A stretch of 64,000 nucleotides of DNA from positions 4,728,735-4,792,734 of the forward strand of contig CM082592.2 in the NCBI GenBank assembly GCA_040954595.2, in the 5' to 3' direction. The DNA comes from Balanoglossus misakiensis. Lineage: Eukaryota; Animalia; Hemichordata. The position numbers and the translations under genes are program-made. Positions 24,921 through 39,060 of the stretch are shown piece by piece (positions within the stretch are counted from its first letter, which is position 1; each line of letters opens with the position of its first letter). The notes below the pieces were generated by a model. That model was not told the origin of the DNA and made no database searches. It saw only the letters and a program-made list of their open reading frames with translations.

Positions 24921-27900
24921 CTAAATAAGAAGATAGAAGACGAAAGAGACCAAAACGATGTAGTGACTGGCATAGTCCAACTCCGCCCATTTACCCAGTG
25001 TGTGGTCAGCGGCGTAACCCTGGTGACGAACAAACAAAATGGAGTTGTATGTCATTGCAAATCGTAAGTTTTTATTACAATTATCAAATTACTTCACATA
25101 AAAATGTGAATGTTTCCAATACCAAATTCACATAATAATTTCATGGTCTCTTACCTCTTCTTGCAATTGTGAATTACTGTCAAACATCAGACCAAGATAG
25201 GCTAGGTTAAATATTGCCAAAAATCCTAATGTCAGATTGGTCAGAAATACAACTACATTGGTCTGAAATCAAACAAAATATACATTATGTATATTTATTT
25301 AATATGTAAAAGGCATATTTAATTATAGTCAAATCATACGATTTCTTCTCAAGTTGGCCAGAAAAGTTTTGCTGAAACCTGTGGCTACCAGTACATGTGC
25401 CTCCTTTAGACAATTCAGCTGCAAGTCTAAGCCAACAATGTAATATTGAGTGAATTTAATTAAAGAACAGTGGACACTGGTGGCGCTCTCACTCTCTGAC
25501 CATATCAAGATGGCCGACCATGACAGAATTCCATGTCTTCGATCTGCGCCACACAAAAGTTATTGTCATGAGGGATGCGGTGTATTCTGCAGCAGTACAC
25601 AGCCAGCGCTGAAAATAGTGTGATCCTTGGACGCAACAATATGGGGTGATTCAGTACATCGTCAGCTGTCGGGTGAGTATGAAGCTGTTAAGTTTCAACC
25701 ATCTCTGTTTGAAAAGGCTCAGCACACCTCAATCCTGTTTATTGTGCAGACACTTTTGCATACTTACTTCTTTATGTTGATGTGGACAGTTTGGTTGGCA
25801 TCTTTTGGCAAGTATGCAGGCATTGAATATATAAGCCAGTCTTTTTCTCAAAACTGTGAGTGGTAACAAAAAAAATGCAAGTATCATAAGATCACAGCAG
25901 TAGTACTCCAAGAAATATTTTGCAAGTAAGATCAAGTAACAAGCGTTACACACACTGATATGTTGGTGATGTTCATCTTAATAGTTTACACATTATAATT
26001 TTTTTTCAGTTTCACTGGAACACTAGAAAATAGTTACTTACCGTGCTCCGTGTAGGTAAAAAAACCAAGTGATAGAAGAACTGCTGCTAGTTGGAAATTC
26101 AAGCCCTGCAAGTAAGAAAAGTGTGAGAGGTTGTATAGGTGCATATACTTAGGTATCAAGACGGTCACCCCCTGGATATTAACCGCCCACCAGTTAGAGT
26201 TCGGATAGGCTTGTAGCAAGTGCTTAGCCTGCAAATTTCCAGGGGGTGACTGTCCAAGAATCACTCCAATGTCTATAGACTAAAGTTTTGCTGGGAGAGC
26301 ACGGCTTATGAAGCAAGTTATTGGCGAAGAATGAAAATGAAACTCACATGGAGAATGGCACTGGCTGCATAGGTGATGATGACAGCCGGAAATGCGCCCA
26401 GCTGTCTGGCTGTGTTAAAAATATCTGTATGCAAGAAGCCAAACAAACATTATCTTACTTTAACAGTCAATTTTTGTGGGATTTGACGGTAGAGTTGAAA
26501 ATAGACCACTTCTAATCATGACATGACAAGCAGTTGAATTCAGAAGCCCACAATAAGTTCTCAATCCCTGCTTCTCACATATGAATCGCTCTTTACAAGC
26601 TCAATTTGTCAATCTTTCTTTGTATTGTAAACCGAAATGGATCAAAGTCATAATTTTCATTTCTCGGGTACTCACAGTTTTTGAGGAAGTTATGCATAGG
26701 TATGTTCCAGTTGGTGACGACTTCAACCAACGAACGGGGAATTTCAACGTGGAATGGCTTCGCCACTCTCATGTCCCTGAAACAGAAACGAGAGAATCTT
26801 CAAAGACTAACAGGATGCATTGAGAAAGTCCTGTGCTATTGGTGAAGCATGAGAACATCACAAGCTCTATCGTGAACACTTACTTACCACTGACAAGTGT
26901 TTTCGTATTGTGTACAGCCAATGCCGGCTATAGTCGTGGTGGCTTCCGACATGAAGCTGATGAAATAGTGACTGAATCGAAATGAAAGTGCTGCCTGGTA
27001 CGCAGCCAACCATCTGTGTGGACAGGGAAGTAAGAAATGATATTAATACAACGAGAACCTAAAAATCCGTAACAGTAAGTTTATTAACCCGCAGCTGTGT
27101 GAGTTAAGAACCTTGCCAGCAAAACCAACTAACCACGAACATCAAATCTAACCATTCAGTACAGCCTTAACCCATTCACCACCATGGTTTGGTCCAACTC
27201 TATTGTTTTCAATAGCAGTGCTGGACCTTTATACAACAAAACAGGGGTGAAAGGCTTACACCCTATTTGTTATCGATAGGTTACAAAATACCAAACAAAG
27301 TTCAGAAGAAAAAGATAACTACGATTATTTGACAGATTTGGTCAGCTGTAGCACTTACCTGTTCATTGCATAAAGACCGGTGAGGGTGGGTGCGACACAC
27401 ACTGAGACCACGAGACACGCTAAAGACTTTATAAAACTTGTGACTACTTTCCAAATCCATGGAAAATCCTGCATTATCAAAAAAAAAATATTTTTTTAAT
27501 CACTTTATGAACCATATAGACACAGAAACAGGCAACTAAATTGTCAACAAACGAGGATCAAAAATTTTCAAATTCACACACAAGCAAGCAAAGTTTACAG
27601 TTGTCTGTTCACACTATTGGCAGTGCACAGAACTTTTTATCTGGAACCAAACTGCTCTGCAAAAGCACACACGCCCCTTTTACAACAGGGCCGATTCAGA
27701 AACACCCACGTGATATTCATAACTTACCATGTTTTTGGGATCTTCGATATTCAAATACTGCTGATAGTTGACCCAGGGCCCAAAGATAACACTGCCCAAG
27801 AAGTAGCAGTAGCCAAAATATTGCATTGGATTGGGCAATTCCGGGACGGTGCCCTTATCGATGTCCAGACTCAGCGAGATGATCCTCATTGCCAGCATCA

Positions 27901-29139
27901 TCTGAGAACCTAAACGATACAAGGCGAATACAATGTAGTAATCAGTCAAACAGGTACAGACTAATAGAATCCCACACTCCCAAGGACCTGGGCTCATATT
28001 TCACATACTAGTTGGGGATTTTTTGTTGCACATTCAGCAAAGCCTGTAAGCACACCACAATGACAGCAAAGATGTAAAACTAATCTTGTGACTCACCTCT
28101 TATTTTATGCCATTCTTTACCTGAGACAAGGAATACTTCGCTGAAACCAGTGGGAGAAAATAAAACAAGAATATGAAAATATTTCGACATACACAAGCAA
28201 GAAGGTAACTGTTACACGGCTCTTAATTTTCTTGTTCTCGTATTTCACTGCATCGTTATCTCCGCAAAACATTTTTACGCAACTTTTTTATTTTCGCGTT
28301 TTGGCTCTCGCATAGTTCGCGAAAATATATCGTTCGTGAAAATTTCCCGTTTTACAGTACTGCAGTGCACATGTGTGAATGCCATGCACTAGCCTGATTG
28401 CACAAATGACTCCAGCAAAACCAATGCTTTGAGGGGGGCAGTCACAGCTGTTATAGGGAGAGGGATCAACTTACCAGAGAATCAACAGAATGACCAGGAT
28501 AGCTGCCACAATGACACCCTTGTATCGGACACTCGTACAGTGATGTAAAACCCACAGCACAGTGTAACCAATCACACCGAGGTACAGTAAATATATGAGA
28601 TCCATTTCAAAAAATAAGTAGATGCAAGACAGCCCACTGAAGCAGGAAAATCCATGGACGACACTGACAGGCATTCCTGTTTTTAAAAAATCACAATATT
28701 ATACCCAGGGCAGTTAATCCAATAAACAGATCTACATGTATTGATTTGGAGACAATAATAGCTGTACTGATCTCTGGATAAAAGATACTGTAAAACAGGA
28801 AATTTTTGCGACAGGATATTTTCGCGATATCAAAAGAGGCAACTGTTACTGTTATTGACCACAAACAAAGAGCACTGATTTCCACCTACCTGCATAGGCA
28901 AACAGTCGGAACACGACACACAACAACAACAGGGGAGTCACTATCTGCAGGCCCTGTTGCAATGTAGGCAGCATGCAGTCATAGAACAGATCTGAGTAGG
29001 AGAGTGTAGCGCCGTAATCTTCTCCCATGTGACCGTAGTCATCATAGAGCCCTGGATAAAGCTCATCTGGGTTGCCATAGATGTAATCATCAAGGGGCAT
29101 ATCTTGATAATCACCATAGTCGTGATAAGCGTAGTCCAT
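24921..29139 (-). CDS. PORCN: Protein-serine O-palmitoleoyltransferase porcupine (MBOAT, Wnt acylation)
   Basis: Minus-strand exons: 29139-28890, 28676-28475, 28140-28097, 27909-27728, 27468-27359, 27013-26888, 26776-26676, 26424-26348, 26105-26042, 25853-25768, 25262-25155, 25019-24921. Motifs '[18 protein letters not shown]', 'FGPWV', 'SFRFSHYF', '[18 protein letters not shown]', catalytic-His region '[19 protein letters not shown]', 'LAYLGLMF', 'HTLGKW'. Confidence 0.97.
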
Positions 29140-29385
29140 CTTCACTGGAGATACATTTACTGTAAAGAAAAAAATACATGCGGAACCGGTTCAACGGTTA
29201 GCGAGTTACAATAATCAGAGCAGTGGTTACTCAGTTCTGTGGCAGGACCCACCGCTTGTCACTGATTTCAACTTAGAATTTTTTATCCATCATTCAATGG
29301 GCAAATCTGGGTAAGGGAGGATAATGAGAAGTAAAGTGGACACGCCCTCATGTAGCGATGGGCACACTAAGTACTAAACACTTAC

Positions 29386-29655
29386 CTAGCTCCCTGCACT
29401 TACCAAGTAATTGATGCAGCACGATAAAATGCCAGTGCCCTTTCTTCTTTTACTAAGTTCAAGATCAGTTATCAAGCAGACATACATGTACTCTGCAATC
29501 TCATGTGCGACAAACGTCATCACATGGACGCTGCCATCTTAGAAATGTACTTAACTTCCGGGTTATTAAGGTCAAAGTTCACGACCCAGGACATCAACAG
29601 AAAAAACCACAGGCCCCAGAAAAATAACTGGACGCGCCAGGACTGAGGTGTTTCT
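29386..29655. promoter_or_regulatory. Probable bidirectional promoter and non-coding first exons of PORCN (-) and ARL6IP4 (+)
   Basis: Outward-facing donors: minus-strand gtaag at 29385-29381 and plus-strand gtaagt at 29656. YY1-like GCCATCTT (29533-29540) and ETS-like ACTTCCGG (29554-29561) lie between them. Confidence 0.65.
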
Positions 29656-30053
29656 GTAAGTTATGTTACCCATTCCCTGGTGGATGAGACCTCGTTTTAA
29701 CGTATTTATCTTAAAGATGATGAAAATTTGCAGGATGTATTGTAAAATTCCAAAACAGGACAACCACGAATTGCAAACTGCAAACGCTCACAGTTGCCAG
29801 TTTCACTGCAGCATAGATCCGCTGGGGAGGGGGGGGGGGGTTAATGGTCGCATGGGGCTATCATGTCAGATATAGATTACTAATACGTAAATTATTGAGC
29901 ATAATGTGGACATTGGGCAACAATTTCCTTTACTTTATAACATATTTCTCATTCAGGAGATGAGATCACATAAAAACTGTTTCTGGTGGGGATCGAAGGA
30001 CCTTTTTAAATGATTATCAACTTGTGTTAACTTTTCAGAGTCTGGTTATAAAG

Positions 30054-32081
30054 ATGTCTCACCGACGCAGCAGGTCTAGGAGTCGCTCGCCCAGAAGACA
30101 ATATTCCCACGGCTCTGATGACCACAGTCATCACAAGGCCAGTTTCCATGGTGATAGCAGAAGCAAATTTGAAAGTGAAAGAAACAGAGATGATGGGTGG
30201 AGATCTAACGAGAGGGTTCGGGGAAGAGACAGGCTTAGTGAGAAGACTGGGAGGACTTCAGATTATCATGATAGGGATAAGTCGCGAGATCATAGCAGAC
30301 ATGATAGTACAAGGGACTACAGAGACAGAGGAAGTAACAGGGATAGAGACACCCACAGAGACAGGGACGGGGAAACCAGCGCAAGCACCCTGAGAGACCG
30401 ACAGAGAGAACCCTACCGAGAAAATGACAAGGACAGAGAATCACGCCGAGACAAACAGAGAGACGCAGAACAAGACAGATCAGAAAGTGCAGGGAATCCC
30501 GCAGCAAAAACATTTAGGACTGAATATGAATCTAAAAGCAGAGAGAGGAAAGAACTTCCCCTGAAGTACAGAGACGTGCTCAGAAACGAAACCAGCCCAG
30601 AAAAAGAAAGGAAACACGGCAGATCAAACGAACAGAGAAGATCGACAGACTCGTCCCCGCTCGCAGCGTCACAGCGCAGCAGGCGAGAATCAAGGTCAGT
30701 ATCAGAAGGAAAGACGTCCAGGTCGAGGAGTCCAAGGGCAAGAGACAAGGCAAATGGCAAACAGGTGGTAAATCCGTCTGCCTCCAAGGGCGAGGGTAAC
30801 CAGGCTTCTGTAGAAGAAGAGACAAGATCCAAGAGAATGAGAAACAGGAGCAGAAGTTCAGATGATAGTTCATCGAGCGACAGTGACTCGTCAGTGGAGA
30901 GGAGGCGGAAGGAAAAGAAGAAGTTGAAGAAGGAAAAGAGGAAAGAAAGAAAGCTGAAGAAGAAAATGAAGAGGGAAGCCAGGAAGGCGAAGAAATCAGC
31001 CAAGAAGAAGAAAGAAAAAGGTAAAAAAAATCTGTCATATACATAGGCAATGGACTTGTATTGAAAATGTTGGTGGAATTGCAGTGTTAATATTCTGATT
31101 GCCATATCCCAGGTGTGTGCTTCATATCATATGTTTGTCAATATACAAATATGTATGTATGCTGCCCTGTGGGTATTATGTTTTTCGGCAATGTGGTCTA
31201 AAATGGGATATAAAATTCATCTGTTCAAGGTCTAAAGTTGGAGGTGACTATTTCATTGGTCTAATGTTTTGACAATATTGCGTGTATGTTGGCGATTTGC
31301 TTTAAAATGTGGTAAATATTTTAATTGAAAACGGCCTAAGATGGAGTCTGGCATTTGTATTGCCTGCCAGACATATACATGTACATATGTGTGTGGGACA
31401 GTGTGTGTGCCTTGCACATATTTTATACAAGATACAACAAGTACAATGTACAGCACACCCCACTGCCTGGGTGCCGTATACATGTACATGTACTTTTACT
31501 TTGTCTGAAATTTCTTTTGGTGTTGTAGATGATGTCCCTGGGGCTGGTCCAGTTCCCATGGTATCGTCATCAGAAAGCAAGGAAGCCACCTCCGCAAGAA
31601 ACCGGGCACCGATGACCAAGGAAGAGTGGGAAAAACAGCAGAGTGTCGTCAGAAGAGTTGTGGATCCAGAGACTGGTCGTACAAGGTAAACAGATCATCC
31701 AGGGCACGCCGCCATATTTGCCACTGGAAAGTACATGTACTGTAAAACGGAAAATTTTCGCAATATCAAAAGAGGCAACTGTTATGTGACAATTAATTTT
31801 CGCGAACTGATTTTAGTCAATGTTTCGAATCTTCATTGGTCTTGTTTTCTGTCATTGTAGGCTCATAAAAGGTGATGGAGAAGTTTTGGAAGAAATAGTC
31901 AGCAAGGAAAGGCACCGAGAAATAAACAAGGTAAATTGTGGTAAAGTACAGTGAAGTGGCTTTGATCTATATTTTCCTCATTTGCGTTCAAGATCCACAG
32001 CATGTTTGTATTCTCTTTCAGCAAGCAACACTTGGTGATGGGATGTCATTTCAAGCCAAGCTTGGACTCAACAGATACTGA
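30054..32081 (+). CDS. ARL6IP4: ADP-ribosylation factor-like protein 6-interacting protein 4 (SR-25 family)
   Basis: Exons 30054-31020, 31529-31685, 31861-31930, 32022-32081. RS/RD-rich, poly-S and K-rich N-terminus, then the family C-terminus '[57 protein letters not shown]'. Confidence 0.95.
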
Positions 32082-32364
32082 TCAGCAAAGCTGACTATCA
32101 TGGATTCAAATGAACTGTAACCCAGTCTGATTAAAATCAGATGTAGTTGGCTCGATCTTTACAGATAAAAAAATTCTTGTATATATTTTGTTAGGAGACT
32201 GATAGAACAAAAGCCAGTCACATACAGCTCTTGTTGACCACTGGTTCATGGACCATGTGACAGATACTTTTAGAGAAATTTGCATTTTCAGAAATCATCC
32301 AGTAAAAGTTTTGCGAAAAATTGTAGCTACCGGTATATGATTTGTTGTGTACCATTTCACTCGC

Positions 32365-32563
32365 CCAAAATGAATAATCGGTCTTTACCATTTATTCATT
32401 TTGGGAGAATGTTTACTCTCATATCATACAAGTGGGATGGAAGTTGTGTGTGGTTGAACTTTCATTCACTATATATACATATGGACATTATCATAAACTG
32501 TGTCTTGTATCAAACAAAATTAATGAAAAAAGGGCAGCCGAGAGAGAGACTTTGTCCCTTTAA
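32365..32563. mobile_element. Partial copy (right half) of the Kolobok-like MITE at 98-413
   Basis: Shares CCAAAATGAATAATC...GTGTCTTGTATCAAAC and ends GTCCCT|TTAA. Confidence 0.7.
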
Positions 32564-35278
32564 TTTTGTGAATCACATCACCCACACGTACTACTACACA
32601 TAGTATACTGATTTGTGTGTATGTGTAATTGTCAGGAAATCAAATCAAATCAAATTGAAAATATAGGTTAAGTTTCAAAATGGTGGGAAATGATTTAATA
32701 GAGTGAGGCTTGCACATATAAAAAATCTGCTATTTGGGATAGATGTGCACACCTTTGCAGTAAGCACACTCTCTGGGTTTGGACAGGCAATGCTGATTTT
32801 ATTACTTGTACTGTCAAATCCACCCTCCGTTCAAAACCATACATTGAATCTACAAAAATATAAAAATAACTTTAATCCATTTTTTTACAATAAATTTTAC
32901 AAAACGTCCATCTTTTATAACTTTTAATATAAAACAAAGTCGAAAATAAAAAAATGTGTGCTGTTCCGATTGCCCGATCTACCCTTATTACCCGGCCTAA
33001 ACTTTTTAGAGCTGCGTAAACCGGCAAGTAAAAATAACGATGTGAAATACACGAAATAGATGAAAATCACTCGAGAACTATGACGTCATCTTCTACACTA
33101 CGGTGCGCGGCCAAATACAAAGGAGTTTTGATAACAACCGGCTGCGATGATTGGATAGATGTGTTAGCGGCACGTGTCCAAGCATGTAGTTAATTTGAAT
33201 TTGAGAAACTGATTGGTTGAAAGGAAGTAAGCACGTGTTTGCATATTTAAGCAGCTCCACGTTGCGGGGTTGCTGAATGACAGCAGCTCCTTTTGGCATG
33301 TTTGGCTGGAAAACTGACGTTATGGGATCTCAAGGAGGACTTAAAACGCACCCAAGGATCGAGGGAGTATCGTGGTCTACCTAATGGTCAGAAAACTATT
33401 GAACTTTGTCAGAAAACGCCAACCTGGCCGACAACTGCCAGATTGACTCGTTGGGGGCGCCATTGAAGCATCGTAGTTGGACCCGGATGTAAACAAAGCC
33501 GATCGCACGCACGTGTACAGGTGAGGCTCGGGTTTTTTTTCAGCTTCATATAGTGTCAGTTTTAATTAACACTCATGAAGAGCAATTTTCTTGCTTGCTG
33601 ACTTTAGCGCAGTAAATCTTTTCGCGGAGTTGATTCGCGGACGATTGTTTACGCTGAATACTGCATCTCACTTGACAAGACAAGCATGGTAGTAGATGTA
33701 AATACAGAACGTCGGCCATTTTGTAATGTATTAGTTGACATTCCGGAAATGGGGTAATGCGCATGTCTGTTGTAAAATTTACGTACATTTGCGTCAGTAG
33801 TTGTGTTGATTTGAGCTTCACTTCCATCACTGGTATTTTTTTAAAATAGCATATTTGGGAAGGGTAAAAATGATTGTTTACAAGCACGACAGATTGGGCT
33901 ATCATGGAAGTTATAGTGACCAATGAGAGCACTTATTTATTAGCCAATCAGATTCCACACTTCGTCGGTTTGCCTGGCCTGCCTCTTTTTCTCATATTTT
34001 GCTCAAGGCATCTTTAGATTATTCTCTCTTGAAATTGGAAGTCGCCGTGAAATATTGTATAAGACAGAGCCAAATTTTCTAAAATTCGAATTCTAAATGG
34101 CCGTAAATCTATGTGTAATCTCTCTGGAGAAAGTTTAAAATACAACGTTGTGATTTTTATGAAACACAAGACGGCGAACATTCAGTTTACTTTTTTTCAA
34201 AAAGCCTCCTCACACACTTTGGTATAGCAAATAATTGAACAATTTGGAGGACGTTCATTTTTCTGGAAATGTATCCAGCGGCGTGATGGGTAAACAGTAA
34301 CCATGGAGCAAAGGGCAGTATAACCACAAACAGTATTGGGGACTCTACTGTCTGTGGTATAACATTATAATTTAATACACAATTAAGCTAACAACACAAT
34401 TGGAGAAATGACACAACAGGGTCATGAAAGTGGCCTATATTGCATTGCATGTACCGTAGACTGCAGTCACTCTTTTTGTTTAATCGCTAATATTGTAATT
34501 ATTGTAACCATGATTTTGGTTTTTGCATTGCAGTGGCTTAAGTAAAAGTGTAATCAACTCAATGCACAGACGAAGGTTTACTGAATCCAAGGGTACTGTT
34601 CAGGTAAGACTGAATCAGTTTCATTCCGACACATACACAGACAGACTCCCACATTCCATCCCTATCTCACTGTTATTAAACACAACTGGAACTACTTTGT
34701 GATAACAAGATCTGTATAGTGTTGTTGCTGTGAAAAAAACCTGCAATTCTAATATTTTCCCTGTCAAACAGTTTGCAAAAATGTCAATGCAGTTTCATAA
34801 AATTGCTTTATTTACGTCTGGACAGCTTTGATCACAAAATAGTTCCAATTGTATTTATCATTCTTTCTGTCAATAATTGTTTCTCCTTTAGATATGCAAC
34901 TCTCTTTTCCTTTTCTTCATCTTTTTTTCTGCTTTCCACAATATGCCCGGGATTTGATATTGTTTATGAGTCCATTTCAGAATAAGTTTACTTCTAAACT
35001 GAAATTTATAGCCAAGTTGAATACACCTCGAAAAGTCAGTCTTAATTTTTTCCTCATGAATTGCTCAAGGCAACTTTATATTATTTAAGTTTAGAGTAAA
35101 ACTATAGGATCACAGTGCAAGCTTTTGAATGATAGAGTGGAATTATCTCTAATTTGAAATTCAAAATGGCCACCAATCTATGTTTAGTCTAGCATAGATT
35201 TTTATAAATAAAATGAATGTATAGACTAAAGCCTTAAAACTTTTTCTAAGTATTTTTCAATTAAAGTATAGAATAAAG

Positions 35279-36292
35279 TGACAAAATCACCAACATTTTC
35301 AAAGTCGAGAATTTGTCATTTTTGACAGTTTCATGAGCTATAACCAATGGAAAAACGCCCAAAGATGACAAAATCACCAACATTTTTAAAGTCGAGAATT
35401 TGTCATTTTTGACAGTTTCATGAGCTATAACCCATGAAAAACGTCCAAAGATGACAAGATCACCAAAAATTCCAGATTCGAGAATTTGTCATTTTTGACA
35501 GTTTCATGAGCTATAACCCATGGAAAAACGCCCAAAGATGACAAAATCACCAACATTTTCAAAGTCGAGAATTTCTCATTTTTGACAGTTTCATGAGCTA
35601 TAACCCATGAAAAACGTCCAAAGATGACAAGATCACCAAAAATTCCAGATTCGAGAATTTGTCATTTTTGACAGTTTCATGAGCTATAACCCATGAAAAA
35701 CGTCCAAAGATGACAAGATCACCAAAAATTCCAAAGTCGATAATTTGTCTTTTTTGACAGTTTCATGAGCTATAACCCATGAAAAACGTCCAAAGATGAC
35801 ATGATCACCAAAGTTTCCAAAGTCGAGAATTTCTCATTTTTGACAGTTTCGTGAGCTATAACCCATGAAAAACGTCCAAAGATGACAAGATCACCAAAAA
35901 TTCCAAAGTCGAGAATTTCTCATTTTTGACAGTTTCATGAGCTATAACCCATGAAAAACGTCCAAAGATGACAAGATCACCAAAAATTCCAAAGTCGATA
36001 ATTTGTCATTTTTGACAGTTTCATGAGCTATAATCCATGAAAAACGTCCAAAGATGACAAGATCACCAAAAATTCCAAAGTCGATAATTTGTCATTTTTG
36101 ACAGTTTCATGAGCTATAACCCATGAAAAACGTCCAAAGATGACAAGATCACCAAAAATTCCAGATTCGATAATTTGTCATTTTTGACAGTTTCATGAGC
36201 GATAACCCATGAAAAACGCCCAAAGATGACAAATTTTTCAAAGTCGAGAATTTGTCATTTTTGACAGTTTCATATATAACCCATGAAAAACG
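35279..36292. repeat. Tandem satellite, 86-bp unit, ~12 copies
   Basis: GATGACAAGATCACCAAAAATTCCAAAGTCGAGAATTTGTCATTTTTGACAGTTTCATGAGCTATAACCCATGAAAAACGTCCAAA. Period measured from 35881 to 35967. Confidence 0.95.
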
Positions 36293-36760
36293 TAGACTTT
36301 CTGAATGCTGGTATTTTTAAATGATTGTCTGAAATTTAACAGTCAACAGTCAAAATGGCGGCCAAATTTAGTGGTTAATTGCTGTGAGGGATCTACATAG
36401 ACTTTCTTAATGCCAGTAATTTTAAATGATAGTATAATTGTCTCAAATTTAACATTCAAAATGGCCGCCAAATTCAGTGGTTAATTGCAGTAAGGGATCT
36501 ACGTAGACTTTCTGAATGCTGGTAATTTTAAATGATAGTTTAATTGTCTCAAATTTTACATTCAAAATGGCCGCCAAATTCAGTGGTTAATTGCTGTGAG
36601 GGATCTACGTAGACTTTCTGAATGCTAGTAATTTTAAATGATAGTATAGTTGTCTCACATTTTACATTCAAAATGGCCGTCAAATTTAGTGGATAATTGC
36701 AGTGATCTACATAGACTTTCTGAATGCTGGTAATTTTAAATGATAGTATAATTGTCTCAA
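36292..36760. repeat. Tandem repeat, ~106-bp unit, ~4.5 copies
   Basis: Unit contains TCAAAATGGCCGCCAAATTCAGTGGTTAATTGC. Period measured from 36461 to 36567. Confidence 0.9.
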
Positions 36761-37466
36761 TCAAAATAAAGAGTGAAGTATTTTTTAATTAAAGTATAGA
36801 ATAAAGCCTGAAATTTTTTCTAAGTATTTTCAAAATGAATGTATAGAGTAAAGCCTGAAAATATTTCTAAATAGTTTTTAAAAGGAAAGTATAGAGTAAA
36901 GCCTGAAAATATTTCTAAATAGTTTTTAAAAGGAAAGTATAGAGTAAAGCCTGAAAATTTGTCTAAGTATTTTTTTACTCATATTCACTCACAACACCAA
37001 TGATCATGCTTTATGTCATATCATTTTATTTCATTTGTCTGTAAAAACATGACAAAACCAGAGTGTTAAAAATCAACTTGTTTTGGCTTGCTGTTTCAGG
37101 TATATCTGTACCATAATCATGAAGTTTTTTTTTAATGTTAAAGTATAGAGTAAAGCCTGAAAAATTTCTAAGTGTTTTTTAATGTCAAAGTATAGAGTAA
37201 AGTGTTTGTTTTTGTTTTACAAAAAAGCAGACACCAAGGATTGAAATTTATTTTATTGTATTTTATTTCATTTTCTACTAAATCATGACAAAACCAAAGT
37301 TGATCGAAATTTAACTCGTATTCTCTTGTCGTTTCAGGTCTATCTGTTGAATGGTTGATGACCAATCGAAAGAAGTGGGGTCCAGCCGGGATCTGAAAAG
37401 ACAAGGCAAGTGTTAGAAAATGCAAGTTAAGAGGGGGCATACACAAGTTTCAAAAATTTTCTAAGT

Positions 37467-38855
37467 TGTTTTCTTAATGTGAAAGCATAGAGTAAAGCCT
37501 GAAAAATTTCTAAGTTTATTTAATTTTAAAGTATAGAGTGAAGCCCGAAAAATTTCTAAGTGTTTTTAATGTTTAAGTATAGAGTGAAGCCCGAAAAAAT
37601 TCTAAGTGTTTTTCTTAATGTGAAAGCATAGAGTAAAGCCTGAAAAATTTCTAAGTTTATTTAATTTTAAAGTATAGAGTGAAGCCCGAAAAATTTCTAA
37701 GTGTTTTTAATGTTTAAGTATAGAGTGAAGCCCGAAAAATTTCTAAGTGTTTTTCCTAATGTGAAAGCATAGAGTAAAGCCTGAAAAATTTCTAAGTGTT
37801 TTTAATGTTTAAGTATAGAGTGAAGCCTGAAAAATTTCTAAGTGTTTTTAATGTTTAAGTATAGAGTGAAGCCTGAAAAATTTCTAAGTGTTTTTAATGT
37901 TTAAGTATTGAGTGAAGCCTGAAAAAATTCTAAGTGTTTTTCTTAATGTGAAAGCTTAGAGTGAAGCCTGAAAAATTTCTAAGTGTTTTTAATGTCTAAG
38001 TATAGAGTGAAGCCTGAAAAATTTCTAAGTGTTTTTAATGTTTAAGTATAGAGTGAAGCCTGAAAAATTTCTAAGTGTTTTTAATGTTTAAGTATTGAGT
38101 GAAGCCTGAAAAAATTCTAAGTGTTTTTCTTAATGTGAAAGCATAGAGTGAAGCCTGAAAAATTTCTAAGTGTTTTTAATGTCTAAGTATAGAGTGAAGC
38201 CCGAAAAATTTCTAAGTGTTTTTAATGTTTAAGTATAGAGTGAAGCCTGAAAAATTTCTAAGTGTTTTTAATGTTTAAGTATTGAGTGAAGCCTGAAAAA
38301 ATTCTAAGTGTTTTTCTTAATGTTTAAGTATAGAGTGAAGCCTGAAAAATTTCTAAGTGTTTTTAATGTCTAAGTATAGAGTGAAGCCCGAAAAATTTCT
38401 AAGTGTTTTTAATGTTTAAGTATAGAGTGAAGCCCGAAAAATTTCTAAGTGTTTTTCCTAATGTGAAAGCATAGAGTAAAGCCTGAAAAAATTCTAAGTG
38501 TTTTTCTTAATGTGAAAGCATAGAGTGAAGCCTGAAAAATTTCTAAGTGTTTTTAATGTCTAAGTATAGAGTGAAGCCTGAAAAATTTCTAAGTGTTTTT
38601 AATGTCTAAGTATAGAGTGAAGCCTGAAAAATTTCTAAGTTTCTAAGTGTTTTTAATGTCTAAGTATAGAGTGAAGCCTGAAAAATTTCTAAGTGTTTTT
38701 AATGTTTGAGTATAGAGTGAAGTGTTTTTAATGTCTAAGTATAGAGTGAAGCCTGAAAAATTTCTAAGTGTTTTTAATAAGTATAGAGTGAAGCCTGAAA
38801 AATTTCTAAGTGTTTTTAATAAGTATAGAGTGAAGCCTGAAAAATTTCTAAGTGT
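37467..38855. repeat. Tandem satellite, 46/48-bp unit, ~30 copies, with higher-order structure
   Basis: GTATAGAGTGAAGCCTGAAAAATTTCTAAGTGTTTTTAATGTTTAA. Degenerate copies also at ~35215-35280, 36790-36970 and 37140-37200. Confidence 0.95.
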
Positions 38856-39060
38856 TTTTTTTTTTACAAAAAAGCAGACACACCAAGGATTGAAATTTAT
38901 TGTATTTTATTTCATTTTCATATTTCATATTGAAATTTAACTCGTATTCACTTGTCGTTTCAGGTCTATCTGTTGAATGGTTGATGACCAATCGAAAGAA
39001 GTGGAGTCCAGTCGGGATCTGAAAAGACAAGGCAAGTGTTAGAAAATGCAAGTTATGTAG

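Noticed and set aside
30413-31105. Minus-strand F/L/S-rich ORFs
   Set aside because: Antisense of the purine-rich low-complexity ARL6IP4 exon.
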